The notes beneath the pieces are model-generated. The model ran no database searches, had not been told where the DNA came from, and saw only the letters and a list, made by a program, of their open reading frames with translations. Shown piece by piece: positions 1 through 8,876 of a stretch of DNA of 64,000 nucleotides (positions within the stretch are counted from its first letter, which is position 1; the number at the start of each line of letters is the position of its first letter). The position numbers and the translations under genes are program-made. This DNA comes from Chloroflexota bacterium (GTDB taxonomy: Bacteria; Chloroflexota; UBA6077; JACCZL01). Location of the stretch: the NCBI GenBank assembly GCA_046328115.1, contig JAXLXE010000005.1, positions 75,597-139,596 on the forward strand. The letters are read 5' to 3'.

Positions 1-162
1 CTGGGACTGGAAGGCGAGGTGGGGACGCTGGAGCCGGGGAAGCTGGCGGACCTACTGGTGGTAGCTAGCGACCCGCTGGCGGACGTGCGGGTGTTGCGGG
101 ATAGGCGGAAGGTGGAGCTGGTGATGCAGGGCGGACGGGTGGTGGCGGACCGCCGCGCGTGA
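1..162 (+). CDS. amidohydrolase family protein, C-terminal fragment (5' end lies outside the window)
   Basis: Frame 1 reads LGLEGEVGTLEPGKLADLLVVASDPLADVRVLRDRRKVELVMQGGRVVADRRA then TGA at 160-162. This is the typical metal-dependent amidohydrolase C-terminus (xGxLxxGxxADLvvv...dP). Confidence 0.7.
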   Translation: MGLEGEVGTLEPGKLADLLVVASDPLADVRVLRDRRKVELVMQGGRVVADRRA

Positions 163-169
163 GCCGAGC

Positions 170-2893
170 ATGTCAGGTAATCGGTCCAACGCGTCAGATC
201 CAGACGGTCCCGCTCCAGATGGGTCCCCGTCGACCACCGTGACGGGTGCCGCCGCGAACAGCGCGCATCACAATCTGCCGTCGCGGCTCACCAGCTTCGT
301 GGGCCGCAAACGGGAGATCGCCGAGGTTTCGGCGCTGGCCGGCTCGCACCGTCTGGTGACGCTGGTAGGGGCGCCCGGCGTTGGCAAGACCCGCCTGAGC
401 CTCGAGATCGCGCGGGCGCTGCTGGACAGCTACCCAGAAGGTGTGTGGCTGGTTGAGCTAGCTGCGCTGGCGGATCCTGGACTCGTCCCGCAAGCCCTGG
501 CCACGATTCTTGGGGTACGCGAGCAGCCGCATCGCTCGCTGACCGAGACGTTGGTGGACGTCCTCCGCGATCAGCGCGTACTCGCGTTGCTGGACAACTG
601 CGAACACCTCGTGCTCGCTGCAGCCACGCTCGCCGAATCGCTGCTCCGGTCCTGTCCCGGAGTGCACATCCTGGCCACCAGCAGAGAGCCGCTGGCGATC
701 GAGGGCGAGCTCACGTGGGGCGTGCCGTCGCTGTCTGTCGCTGTCACCGACGGCGCACCGCGGAGCGACCCCGGCTCCATCGCCACGGTCGAGAGCGCCG
801 AAGCGACAAGGCTGTTCGTCGAGCGGGCGCGCGCCGCCGTGCCGACGTTTGAGCTAACCGTGCAGAACGCCGCGGATATCGCGCAGATCTGCGCCCGCCT
901 GGACGGCATACCGTTGGCAATCGAGTTAGCCGCCGCGCGGTCACGCGCGCTCTCGGTCGCGCAGATCGCCGCTCGCCTCGACGACCGATTCCGCCTGCTC
1001 ACCAACGGCAGCCGGACGGCGCTACCACGCCAGCAGACGCTACGCGGCACGGTCGACTGGAGCTACGAGCTGCTGTCCGGCGCGGAGCGGTCCATGCTCC
1101 GCTGGCTGGCCGTATTTGCCGGCGGCTTCACACTGGACGCAATCGAGGGAGACAGTTTCCTGGGTTTGGACAGCGCCGACGCGAAACTCGCCCCGTCAGC
1201 GTCAGGGTCCACGAGTCGACCAGCCACGGATCTATTGACGTCACTCGTGGACAAATCGCTGGTCCAGGTGGACGAGAGCTATGCTGGCGGGCGCCGTTTT
1301 CGGCTGCTAGAGACGATTCGGCAGTACGGGCAGGAAAAGCTTGTCGCCCATGGCGAGCTCACCCGCGTTCGTGGCTGGCACCGCGACTTCTATCTGGCGC
1401 TGGCGGAGGATGCCAATACGCACCTCATCGGGCCAGGTCAGAAGGAAGCGCTTGCCCGGCTGGAGCGTGAGCACGACAATTTGCGCGCGGCGCTCGCCTG
1501 GTGCCTCGAAGAAGCGGGTCATCTGGATCCCGAACGCATACGCAACTCCAGTGATCTCACGCTTCAGCGCACGGAGTCAGCGGTCCGCATCGCGGGCGCA
1601 CTCTGGCGATTCTGGTGGATGTACGGTCACCTGGCCGAGGGTGGCCGCTCGCTGGATCGAGCGCTCTCGGTCCCCTCGACCGACAACACGCCCGACGGGC
1701 TGTCGGCTCGTGCAACGGCGCACTTCGGTGCAGGCCATATGGCCGGGCACCTCGGCGACTACCGGTCCGCCATCACGCATAGCTCGCAAGCCCTGGCGCT
1801 GTGGCGAAAGGTCGGGAACGACAGTGGAACCACGAGAGCCCTGCATCGTCTGGGAAACTTCCTCGTCCACGTCGGCGAGACCGAGCGCGGCATCGCGCTG
1901 TGTAATGAAGCCGTGGAGCTGGCTCGGCGCGTGGGACACGCATTCGATCTCTCAATGTCGCTTCACACACTTTCCGTGGCCCGCTGGATTCTCGGCCATC
2001 TCGAGCTCTCGGCGGCGCTTTGCGAGGAGGGCCTGGCGCTCTGTCGCACGGTGGGCTACGCCGCTGGGGTCTCTTTCGAGCTTCGCCTGCTCAGCCGCTC
2101 GGTCGGCAACCTCGGGGACCCTGAACGGGCAACGCGGCTCGTGGAGGAGGCCCTCGCGATTTCCGAGGACCTCGGCGACAAGGGCGGCATCGCCGAGGCG
2201 TACAAGGACCTTGCCCATATCGCCCGTGTCGCCGGCGATCCCGAACGCGGCCTGGCGATGCTCCGGGTCAGCCTTCCGCTCCATCGCGCGCTCGGCGAGC
2301 GCTGGTTGATTGCACTTTCGCTTCACGACCTCGCGGGGGTCATGACGCTTCGAGGCGTACGGTCACCTGCAATGCCCACGGCAAACCGCACGGCTCGCGC
2401 CTCCGCACGTGAGTGTCTGGTTGCCGCCGCCCGACTCTTCGCGGCTGCAGAAGCTCTCCGGAACACGTGCGGCGTTGTCCTGCCTGTCCCGATCCAGCGC
2501 GCCCATGAGCGGGATATCGCCGTGCTGCGCGATCAGCTTGGGAGCGACGGGCTCTCGATCGCGTCGGCCGAGGGGCAAGCGATGTCGTACCACGATGCCA
2601 TCGAGTATGCGTTGAAGATCGCGGCGCCAGCCGAACCAGAGCCTGGCACCAACGAGCCGGCGAGCGCCCGGCAGACGGCCGTCGAGGCTCGGAGTGTACT
2701 GACGAACCGCGAGCGGGCGGTAGCGCGGCTCCTGGCTCGCGGTCACACCAATCGGCGAATCGCGGAAGAGCTGATACTCTCCGAGCGGACGGTGGACACG
2801 CACGTCCACAACATCCTCGGCAAACTCGAGCTCACCTCGCGTGCCCAGGTCGCGGTTTGGGCGGTCGAGAACGGCCTGACCGGCGATCGGTGA
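170..2893 (+). CDS. STAND-type P-loop ATPase / TPR / LuxR-family transcriptional regulator (paralog 1)
   Basis: 907-aa ORF. It has HNLPSRLTSFVGR, Walker A GAPGVGKT, a Walker B-like LALLDNCEH, helical TPR-like repeats in the middle, and a C-terminal LuxR HTH (LSERTVDTHVHNILGKLELTSRAQ). Confidence 0.9.
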   Translation: MSGNRSNASDPDGPAPDGSPSTTVTGAAANSAHHNLPSRLTSFVGRKREIAEVSALAGSHRLVTLVGAPGVGKTRLSLEIARALLDSYPEGVWLVELAALADPGLVPQALATILGVREQPHRSLTETLVDVLRDQRVLALLDNCEHLVLAAATLAESLLRSCPGVHILATSREPLAIEGELTWGVPSLSVAVTDGAPRSDPGSIATVESAEATRLFVERARAAVPTFELTVQNAADIAQICARLDGIPLAIELAAARSRALSVAQIAARLDDRFRLLTNGSRTALPRQQTLRGTVDWSYELLSGAERSMLRWLAVFAGGFTLDAIEGDSFLGLDSADAKLAPSASGSTSRPATDLLTSLVDKSLVQVDESYAGGRRFRLLETIRQYGQEKLVAHGELTRVRGWHRDFYLALAEDANTHLIGPGQKEALARLEREHDNLRAALAWCLEEAGHLDPERIRNSSDLTLQRTESAVRIAGALWRFWWMYGHLAEGGRSLDRALSVPSTDNTPDGLSARATAHFGAGHMAGHLGDYRSAITHSSQALALWRKVGNDSGTTRALHRLGNFLVHVGETERGIALCNEAVELARRVGHAFDLSMSLHTLSVARWILGHLELSAALCEEGLALCRTVGYAAGVSFELRLLSRSVGNLGDPERATRLVEEALAISEDLGDKGGIAEAYKDLAHIARVAGDPERGLAMLRVSLPLHRALGERWLIALSLHDLAGVMTLRGVRSPAMPTANRTARASARECLVAAARLFAAAEALRNTCGVVLPVPIQRAHERDIAVLRDQLGSDGLSIASAEGQAMSYHDAIEYALKIAAPAEPEPGTNEPASARQTAVEARSVLTNRERAVARLLARGHTNRRIAEELILSERTVDTHVHNILGKLELTSRAQVAVWAVENGLTGDR

Positions 2894-2957
2894 TTTCACC
2901 GATGTCGTCGCGCGCATCGCTCTGAGAACTACGCACCCCAGATACGCCTTTCCCTGG

Positions 2958-3575
2958 ATGTGCCGCCGAGCTTGCGGCCGTAGTCTGAAAGTGGCTCGCC
3001 CACGGGGCGATCACTCTCGGACTACGAGGCCCGCCGTGCACCGCATTGCCATCGAGCTCCCGATCGTCGCCGCGGCATCGGCCGTTATCGCAGGCATGGT
3101 GCTGATCGCAGGCACCGCGCTCGATCGACAGGCCCAGGCAACCGGGGTCGCAAGCCGTGCCGCGGGCGCCACATCGGGCGATCCGGAGACCTGCCTGGTT
3201 GCACCTGTCACCGCGGCGTCAGCCATTGGCGTCATCGGGCAGTCGGTGCTTTGCTACGATGGTCGCGATCTTCGCGCAACGCTCGTAGCCCACGACCTCG
3301 CACCCGGGCAGCTCTACAACACCTGGCTCCGCTATGAATACTCCCCGGCGCCATGTACGGACTCGCCTTGCGGGCAGATCGACCTGCCAAATGAGGGCCC
3401 GACGGGCCTGCTCGAGCTGATGGGCGGGGAGGTGGCACCACCCTCTCGGAGGGTGGAAGTACGGGTGGAGCTGCGGGGCGTGCACCTGGTGCGTGGGGCG
3501 TTGTTGACGCTGTCCCTCGCGCACGCCGACGGCGCGGACAACCCCGTCGCCCAGGCGGCCTTCACCATCCGCTGA
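2958..3575 (+). CDS. hypothetical membrane-anchored protein
   Basis: 205-aa ORF between the two regulators. It has a hydrophobic helix IVAAASAVIAGMVLIAGTAL followed by a Cys-containing soluble part. No family recognised and the start codon is uncertain. Confidence 0.4.
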   Translation: MCRRACGRSLKVARPRGDHSRTTRPAVHRIAIELPIVAAASAVIAGMVLIAGTALDRQAQATGVASRAAGATSGDPETCLVAPVTAASAIGVIGQSVLCYDGRDLRATLVAHDLAPGQLYNTWLRYEYSPAPCTDSPCGQIDLPNEGPTGLLELMGGEVAPPSRRVEVRVELRGVHLVRGALLTLSLAHADGADNPVAQAAFTIR

Positions 3576-3882
3576 GCTTGTATACCGACCAGGGTCAGCT
3601 CGATCGGTCGGGTGTGCCGATTCCAATGGCTGCGATCCGCGTGTCGATTGCGCCGAGCTCGGGCACCGCTTTGCCGAACTTGGTCCTCCGCTGTTGCATT
3701 GTCGGTCGTCCCACGGGGACCCGCGGCGACGCGTATCATGCGTGGCAGTGGGAATGGGGACGGAGGAGCTCATGGCTGGGCCGAAGCGGTGCAGGGAACG
3801 CCGCTCTCGACTTGTCTCCGGCAAGGTCGCGCCTTAGCGAGCACGTTTGAGCTCAGAGAGGGGACTAGCCGGATGAGATGCG

Positions 3883-6468
3883 GTGGGGCCGGCTATGATG
3901 GCTAGCGGCGCCCGGCACAATCTGCCCTTACGCCTCACAAGCTTCGTTGGTCGCGAACGCGAGATCGTCGAGGTTTCGGCCTTGCTCGGCCCGCACCGCC
4001 TCGTGACGCTGGTGGGGGCGCCCGGCGTCGGCAAGACTCGCTTAAGCCTTGAGATTGCAAAGGCACTTACCGACAGCTATCCGGGCGGTGTCTGGCTCGT
4101 GGAGCTGGCCCCCCTCACCGATCCCGGACTCGTTGCCCAGGTCGTCGCATCGACCCTGGGAGTGCGCGAGCAGGCAGACCGGCCGCTGATCGAAACGCTG
4201 GTCGACGTGCTTCGCCCCCAACACATCCTCCTGCTGTTCGACAACTGCGAGCATCTGGTCGACGGCGTGGCCGGGCTCGCCGAGGCGTTGCTACGCGCAA
4301 GTCCGGCACTCAACATCCTCACGACCAGCCGTGAGCCATTGGCGATCGACGGCGAGCTTACGTGGCGCGTTCCGTCGCTAACGATCCCCGAGATTGACGG
4401 AGCAAACCCGGGCGGTCAGAGCCCGGTTGTCAGGGTTGAGGGTTCGGAGGCCACGCGCCTTTTCGTCGAGCGCGCGCGCGCCGTCTTGCCGTCGTTCGAG
4501 CTAACGGAGACGACTGCTCCGGTCGTTCTGGAAATCTGCGCCCGCCTGGACGGTATAGCGCTCGCGATCGAGCTGACTGCCGCGCGGGTGCGCGCGCTCT
4601 CCCTAGTGCAGATCGCAGCTCGCCTGAACGACCACCTGGACCTGCTCGGGGGCGGTAGTCGCACGGCGCCGCCTCGCTACCGAACCCTCCGGGCGGCGGT
4701 CGACTGGAGCTACCAGCTTCTCGCGGAGCCCGAGCGAGCGATGCTGCGGCGATTGGCGGTGTTCGCGGGAGGCTTCACGGTTGAAGCAGTCGAGGCGATC
4801 GAGCGCGTCGTTGCGATTGGCGGGCAGCCATCCGAGTCCACATCCAACGCCGCCGGGCGCGGACATGCTGGGCCGACGGATCTGCTGATCTCGCTGGTGG
4901 ACAAGTCGCTCGTGCAGGTGGAAGTCGATACCGGGCGTGAGGCGCGCTACCGACTGCTGAACATGGTCCGTCAATACGGTCAAGACATGCTGGAACAGGC
5001 ACGCGAGACCGACGCGGCCCGTGAGTCCCATCGCAGCTACTACCAGGCGCTCGCCGAACATGCGGCGCCGGAGCTGTGGGGACCGGATGCGGTGACCTGG
5101 CTGAACCGCCTCGAGCGTGAGCACGACAATCTGCGCTCGTCGCTTGCCTTCAGCGCCGAGCAGGCTGCCAATACGAACGACCACGCAGGCACTGACGGGG
5201 CGGCTAGCGGTCGACCGCCCAACGCGGTGCCACTCCTGACTCTCACGTCGACGCTGTGGAGATTCTGGTTTCTTCGCGGACACTGGCAGGAGGGTCGCGC
5301 GTGGGTCGACCGCGCCCTGGCCGTGCCCGCTGCCGAGCTCCCGATCTCGGCGCAACATCTTCGCGCGAAGACGCTGGCGGGAGCCGCGGAGCTGATCCGC
5401 CCTCAGGGTGATATGCACGGGGCCGTGGCACGCATGACCGAAGCCGTGACGCTCTGGCGCTCCCTCGCGAACGACGCGGAGACCGCGTGGTGCCTCGCGC
5501 GCCTTGCTCACTTCCTGATATTTCTTGGCGCGTACGATCGAGCCGCCGCTGTCTGTCGTGAGGGTCTGCGGCTTGCCCGGCAGAGTGGAGCACACCGGGC
5601 AATCGGCTCCGCGCTGCTCTCCACTGGCGATCTCGCATTCTGCCGAGGTGACTACACGAGTGCCCTGGTCGCCTTCGAAGAGCATCTGGCGCTCAACCGC
5701 CACCAGGCCGACCCGAATCGCCTTGGGGCGATGCTCAGCTACGTCGGGATCGCCGCGCGCGAACTCGGCGAGTACGCCCGGGCAGAAGAAGCGCTCGACG
5801 AGAGCGTGCGGGCCTTCCGCCAACTCGGAGGCAACCACGGCGGCGCCGTAGCCCTACGCGATCTTGGGCTCACCGTTCAGCGGAGGGGCGACGAACAGCG
5901 AGCGGCGCGGCTGCTCGTGGAGTCGCTCGAGCTCTCCTACAAGCTGATGGCACGCTGGAACATTTACGAATGCCTTTACGAGCTCGGCCTGGTGGCGGCC
6001 GGTCGAAACGATTGCACAACAGCCGCGCGCCTTTACGGCGCGGCAGAGGCGCTGAGAAGCTCAATGCAGACCACGCTGCGTGTATCCCAACAAGAGCGCT
6101 ACGAGCCGGCGATGGCACTGGTGCGCGATGACCTGGGTGACACGGCGTTCGCGGCGGCCCTAGCGGAGGGACGCGCTATGCCTCTCGAGGCGACGTTACG
6201 TCTGGCAGCGAGTCTCGCTGGCCAGACGGAGGGCATCGCGGCCACGCCGATGACGTCGGGGAGCAAAAGTCCGCTCTCGGGGCGCGAGCAGCAGGTCGCC
6301 ATCCGGGTGGCGAGGGGCCTATCGAACCGACGAATTGGAGAGGAGCTGGTGCTGTCCGAACGAACGGTGGACACCCACATCCACAACATCCTCGGAAAGC
6401 TCGGTCTCACATCGCGCGCCCAGATCGCGGTCTGGGCGGTCGAGAATGGCCTCAGGGCCGATCAGTGA
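3883..6468 (+). CDS. STAND-type P-loop ATPase / TPR / LuxR-family transcriptional regulator (paralog 2)
   Basis: 861-aa ORF. It shares the identical stretch HRLVTLVGAPGVGKTRLSLEIA with paralog 1 and has LLLFDNCEH, TPR-like repeats and a LuxR HTH (LSERTVDTHIHNILGKLGLTSRAQ). The start may instead be ATG 3895/3898. Confidence 0.9.
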   Translation: MGPAMMASGARHNLPLRLTSFVGREREIVEVSALLGPHRLVTLVGAPGVGKTRLSLEIAKALTDSYPGGVWLVELAPLTDPGLVAQVVASTLGVREQADRPLIETLVDVLRPQHILLLFDNCEHLVDGVAGLAEALLRASPALNILTTSREPLAIDGELTWRVPSLTIPEIDGANPGGQSPVVRVEGSEATRLFVERARAVLPSFELTETTAPVVLEICARLDGIALAIELTAARVRALSLVQIAARLNDHLDLLGGGSRTAPPRYRTLRAAVDWSYQLLAEPERAMLRRLAVFAGGFTVEAVEAIERVVAIGGQPSESTSNAAGRGHAGPTDLLISLVDKSLVQVEVDTGREARYRLLNMVRQYGQDMLEQARETDAARESHRSYYQALAEHAAPELWGPDAVTWLNRLEREHDNLRSSLAFSAEQAANTNDHAGTDGAASGRPPNAVPLLTLTSTLWRFWFLRGHWQEGRAWVDRALAVPAAELPISAQHLRAKTLAGAAELIRPQGDMHGAVARMTEAVTLWRSLANDAETAWCLARLAHFLIFLGAYDRAAAVCREGLRLARQSGAHRAIGSALLSTGDLAFCRGDYTSALVAFEEHLALNRHQADPNRLGAMLSYVGIAARELGEYARAEEALDESVRAFRQLGGNHGGAVALRDLGLTVQRRGDEQRAARLLVESLELSYKLMARWNIYECLYELGLVAAGRNDCTTAARLYGAAEALRSSMQTTLRVSQQERYEPAMALVRDDLGDTAFAAALAEGRAMPLEATLRLAASLAGQTEGIAATPMTSGSKSPLSGREQQVAIRVARGLSNRRIGEELVLSERTVDTHIHNILGKLGLTSRAQIAVWAVENGLRADQ

Positions 6469-6568
6469 TTTCACGGAGGCCTGGTTCCACCGCCGGGTGG
6501 GCTCCACGCACTCGACGTTCGCACGCCCCCCAGATATGCCATCGCGGATCGGGAACCCGAGCCGTTTC

Positions 6569-7240
6569 GTGAGCGTACGACCCAAACCGAACTCGACGAG
6601 CTCGCCCGCCGACATCTACGAACGCGTTCTGGTGCACGCCATGTTCTCGGACTGGGCGAGAATCTTGCTGGAGCTGGTAGGTCCGAGCCCACGAGAGCGA
6701 CTCCTGGATATTGCGTGCGGCACCGGCGTGGTTGCCCATCGCGAAGTGGCACTGGTTGGGCCAGGCGGGCGGGTCGTCGGACTCGACATGAATCCGGACC
6801 GTTATAGGTGGCTCGCGCGCCGGATGCGAACGTGGAGTGGATCGAGGGACGGGCGATACTTCTGTCATCTGGCTAACAGATGTCCGATGTGGTGGTGTGT
6901 CTGCAAGGTCTCCAGTTCTTCTCCGACGCAACCATCACATTGAGAGTAGTGCGCCGTGCGCTGAGTGCCCACAGTCGACTCGCTGTCGCGGTGTGGGACC
7001 GCCTCGAAAGCAGCCCCGGCCACCATTCCCTGGTACAGGCCTTGGACAAGTACGCTTGGGCTGCTGGCGCGGCGATCGTGGCCACGCCGTTTCGGCTCGG
7101 TGACGCTCAGGTTGTCCGGTCTCTGGTCGAGGAGGCGAGATTCGTCAATGTGCGTCTCGTCATGGAGCAGCGCATCGCGCGTTCTCCTTCGACCGACGCC
7201 TGCGCACGAGGTGTTTTGCGAGGCGGAACGCTGGCACGAA
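6569..7240 (+). pseudogene. class I SAM-dependent methyltransferase, disrupted
   Basis: The SAM-binding motif region is LLDIACGTGVVA...GRVVGLDMNPD in one frame. The rest (ARAPDANVEWIEG..., DVVVCLQGLQFFSD..., RLAVAVWD) lies in another frame. The frame changes near 6800-6810 and there is an in-frame TAA at 6874-6876. Confidence 0.6.
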
Positions 7241-7254
7241 CCACTGGGCTCGGA

Positions 7255-7622
7255 GCTGAAGCGGAGCAGGCGAGGGGGTTGTGGGAGGGGCACTGGCAGA
7301 GCTTCCAGCGGGCGATGGCGGCAGGGGTGCGCATCGCGATGGGGACTGACATCGGCGGCTACGGGTATGGGGACACGGCGTTGGAGCTGGAGCTGCTGGT
7401 GGAGAACGGGATGACCGCGGGACAGGCGATAGCGGCGAGCACGTGACGGGCGGCGGAGTGCCTGGGACGGAAGGCGAGGTCGGGACGCTGGAGCCGGGAA
7501 CACTGGCGGACCTGCTGGTGGTAGCTAGCGACCCGCTGGCGGACGTGCGGGTGCTGCGAGCCAGGTGGAGGGTCGAGGTGGTGACACACGGCGGACGCGC
7601 GATCGCGGACCAGCGGAGCTAA
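7255..7622 (+). pseudogene. amidohydrolase 3' fragment, disrupted (copy of the gene ending at nt 162)
   Basis: AGVRIAMGTDIGG...ELELLVENGMTAGQAIAAST is followed by an in-frame TGA at 7444-7446. After a 1-nt deletion relative to copy 1 it continues as EGEVGTLEPGTLADLLVVASDPLADVRVL...; a 39-nt run is identical to nt 55-93. Confidence 0.65.
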
Positions 7623-7686
7623 TTGACCTGACGGGCGATCGACATGGCAACCCCAGCGGGACGTGTATGGAGCACGCCAGCTCTTT

Positions 7687-8859
7687 CTAGGGCTTGGGCC
7701 ACGCGTGCGCCCGCAGCACCTCCTCGTTCATGGTGGCACCCCAGCCCGGGCCGGTGGGCAAGAGGATGTGGCCGTTCTCAATCTTTGGCGCTTCGGTGAC
7801 GAGTTGATCCTTCCAGGGGACGTCGTCGATGTCTATCTCCATAACGCGGACGTTTGGCAGGACGGCGCAGACGTTGAGCGATTGGAGGTTGGCGAGGTGG
7901 CTGTAGTGATTGTGGGGGGCGATGGTAACGTCGTACAGCTCGGCGAGGCGGCCGATGTTGAGCGATTCGCCGAAGCCGTTCCAGGGGACGTCAATGATGA
8001 CGACGTCCGTTGCGCGCTCGTCTAGGTAAGGCTTGACCTGGCGGGCGCCGATGACGCTCTCCATGCCGGCGATCGTGTTGGTGGTGGACTCCTTGAGCTG
8101 GCGCATGGCGCCGGGCTCCCATGTGTCGAACTCTATCCACTGGATGTTGAACTGCTCCAGGCGGCGAGCGATTTTGATGGCGGCCTCTACGCGGAAGTTG
8201 AAGTTGAGATCTATGGCGATCTGAACGCTGGGGCCGGCACCCTCGGCGAACGCGGCGATCTGCGACTCGATATGGTCGAGCAGGGCGGGGGTGACGTTGC
8301 CGTCCGTGCCGTCCGCGGAGGCGCCGAAGCCCGCGTCGTAGACGGAGGGCTTGTCGCCGGGGAAAATGATGTTGGTCTTGAGGGCGGTGAAGCCGCGCTC
8401 GCGGGCTTCGCGGCCGAGGGCGACGATGTCTGCCATGGAGCGTAGCGGTGGGAGGCCGAGCTCCGCGGCGTGGCGGGCTCGCGAGGTACCGCAGTGTGAC
8501 CAGTAGACGCGCATCTTGTCGCGGGTGGGGCCGCCGGCAAGCTCATACACCGGGACGCCAAGGGCACGGGCCTTGATGTCCCAGAGGGCGAGCTCAATGC
8601 CGGCGATGGCCTTGTGGGCGACGCCGAAGGGGTGCTGCCGAGCCTGCCAGCGCATCTCCCAGTAGAGGGCTTCGACGGCGCGGGGGTCGCGACCCAGGAG
8701 GCTGGGTGCGTACTCGCAAACGATGGTGGCCACGGACTGAGGGGTGCGGCTGGAGCATTCGCCCCAGCCGGTGATGCCTTCATCCGTGGTGACTTTGACG
8801 TAGGTCCACACGCGCCAGCCGGCGTCGCAGAGGAAGGGCTCAATGCTGGTTATTTTCAT
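7687..8859 (-). CDS. enolase-superfamily enzyme (mandelate racemase/muconate lactonizing family, acid-sugar dehydratase-like)
   Basis: MKITSIEPFLCDAGWRVWTYVKVTTDEGITGWGECS..., with typical MR/MLE N- and C-terminal domains. An alternative GTG start lies at 8865. Confidence 0.9.
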   Translation of the reverse strand: MKITSIEPFLCDAGWRVWTYVKVTTDEGITGWGECSSRTPQSVATIVCEYAPSLLGRDPRAVEALYWEMRWQARQHPFGVAHKAIAGIELALWDIKARALGVPVYELAGGPTRDKMRVYWSHCGTSRARHAAELGLPPLRSMADIVALGREARERGFTALKTNIIFPGDKPSVYDAGFGASADGTDGNVTPALLDHIESQIAAFAEGAGPSVQIAIDLNFNFRVEAAIKIARRLEQFNIQWIEFDTWEPGAMRQLKESTTNTIAGMESVIGARQVKPYLDERATDVVIIDVPWNGFGESLNIGRLAELYDVTIAPHNHYSHLANLQSLNVCAVLPNVRVMEIDIDDVPWKDQLVTEAPKIENGHILLPTGPGWGATMNEEVLRAHAWPKP

Positions 8860-8876
8860 GGGCACGTACCCCTGCC

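Noticed and set aside
4603-5838. 411-aa minus-strand ORF inside LuxR paralog 2 (and similar ORFs 571..1050, 1341..2309 and 2363..2917 inside paralog 1)
   Set aside because: They are antisense or off-frame to ORFs with clear P-loop/TPR/HTH motifs, and they contain no recognisable domains.
1-7622. Direct repeats at 1-162 and 7462-7622 as the ends of a mobile element
   Set aside because: The repeats are homologous coding sequence (an amidohydrolase C-terminus), not terminal inverted or direct repeats of an IS or transposon. No transposase, integrase or tRNA target is seen between or beside them.
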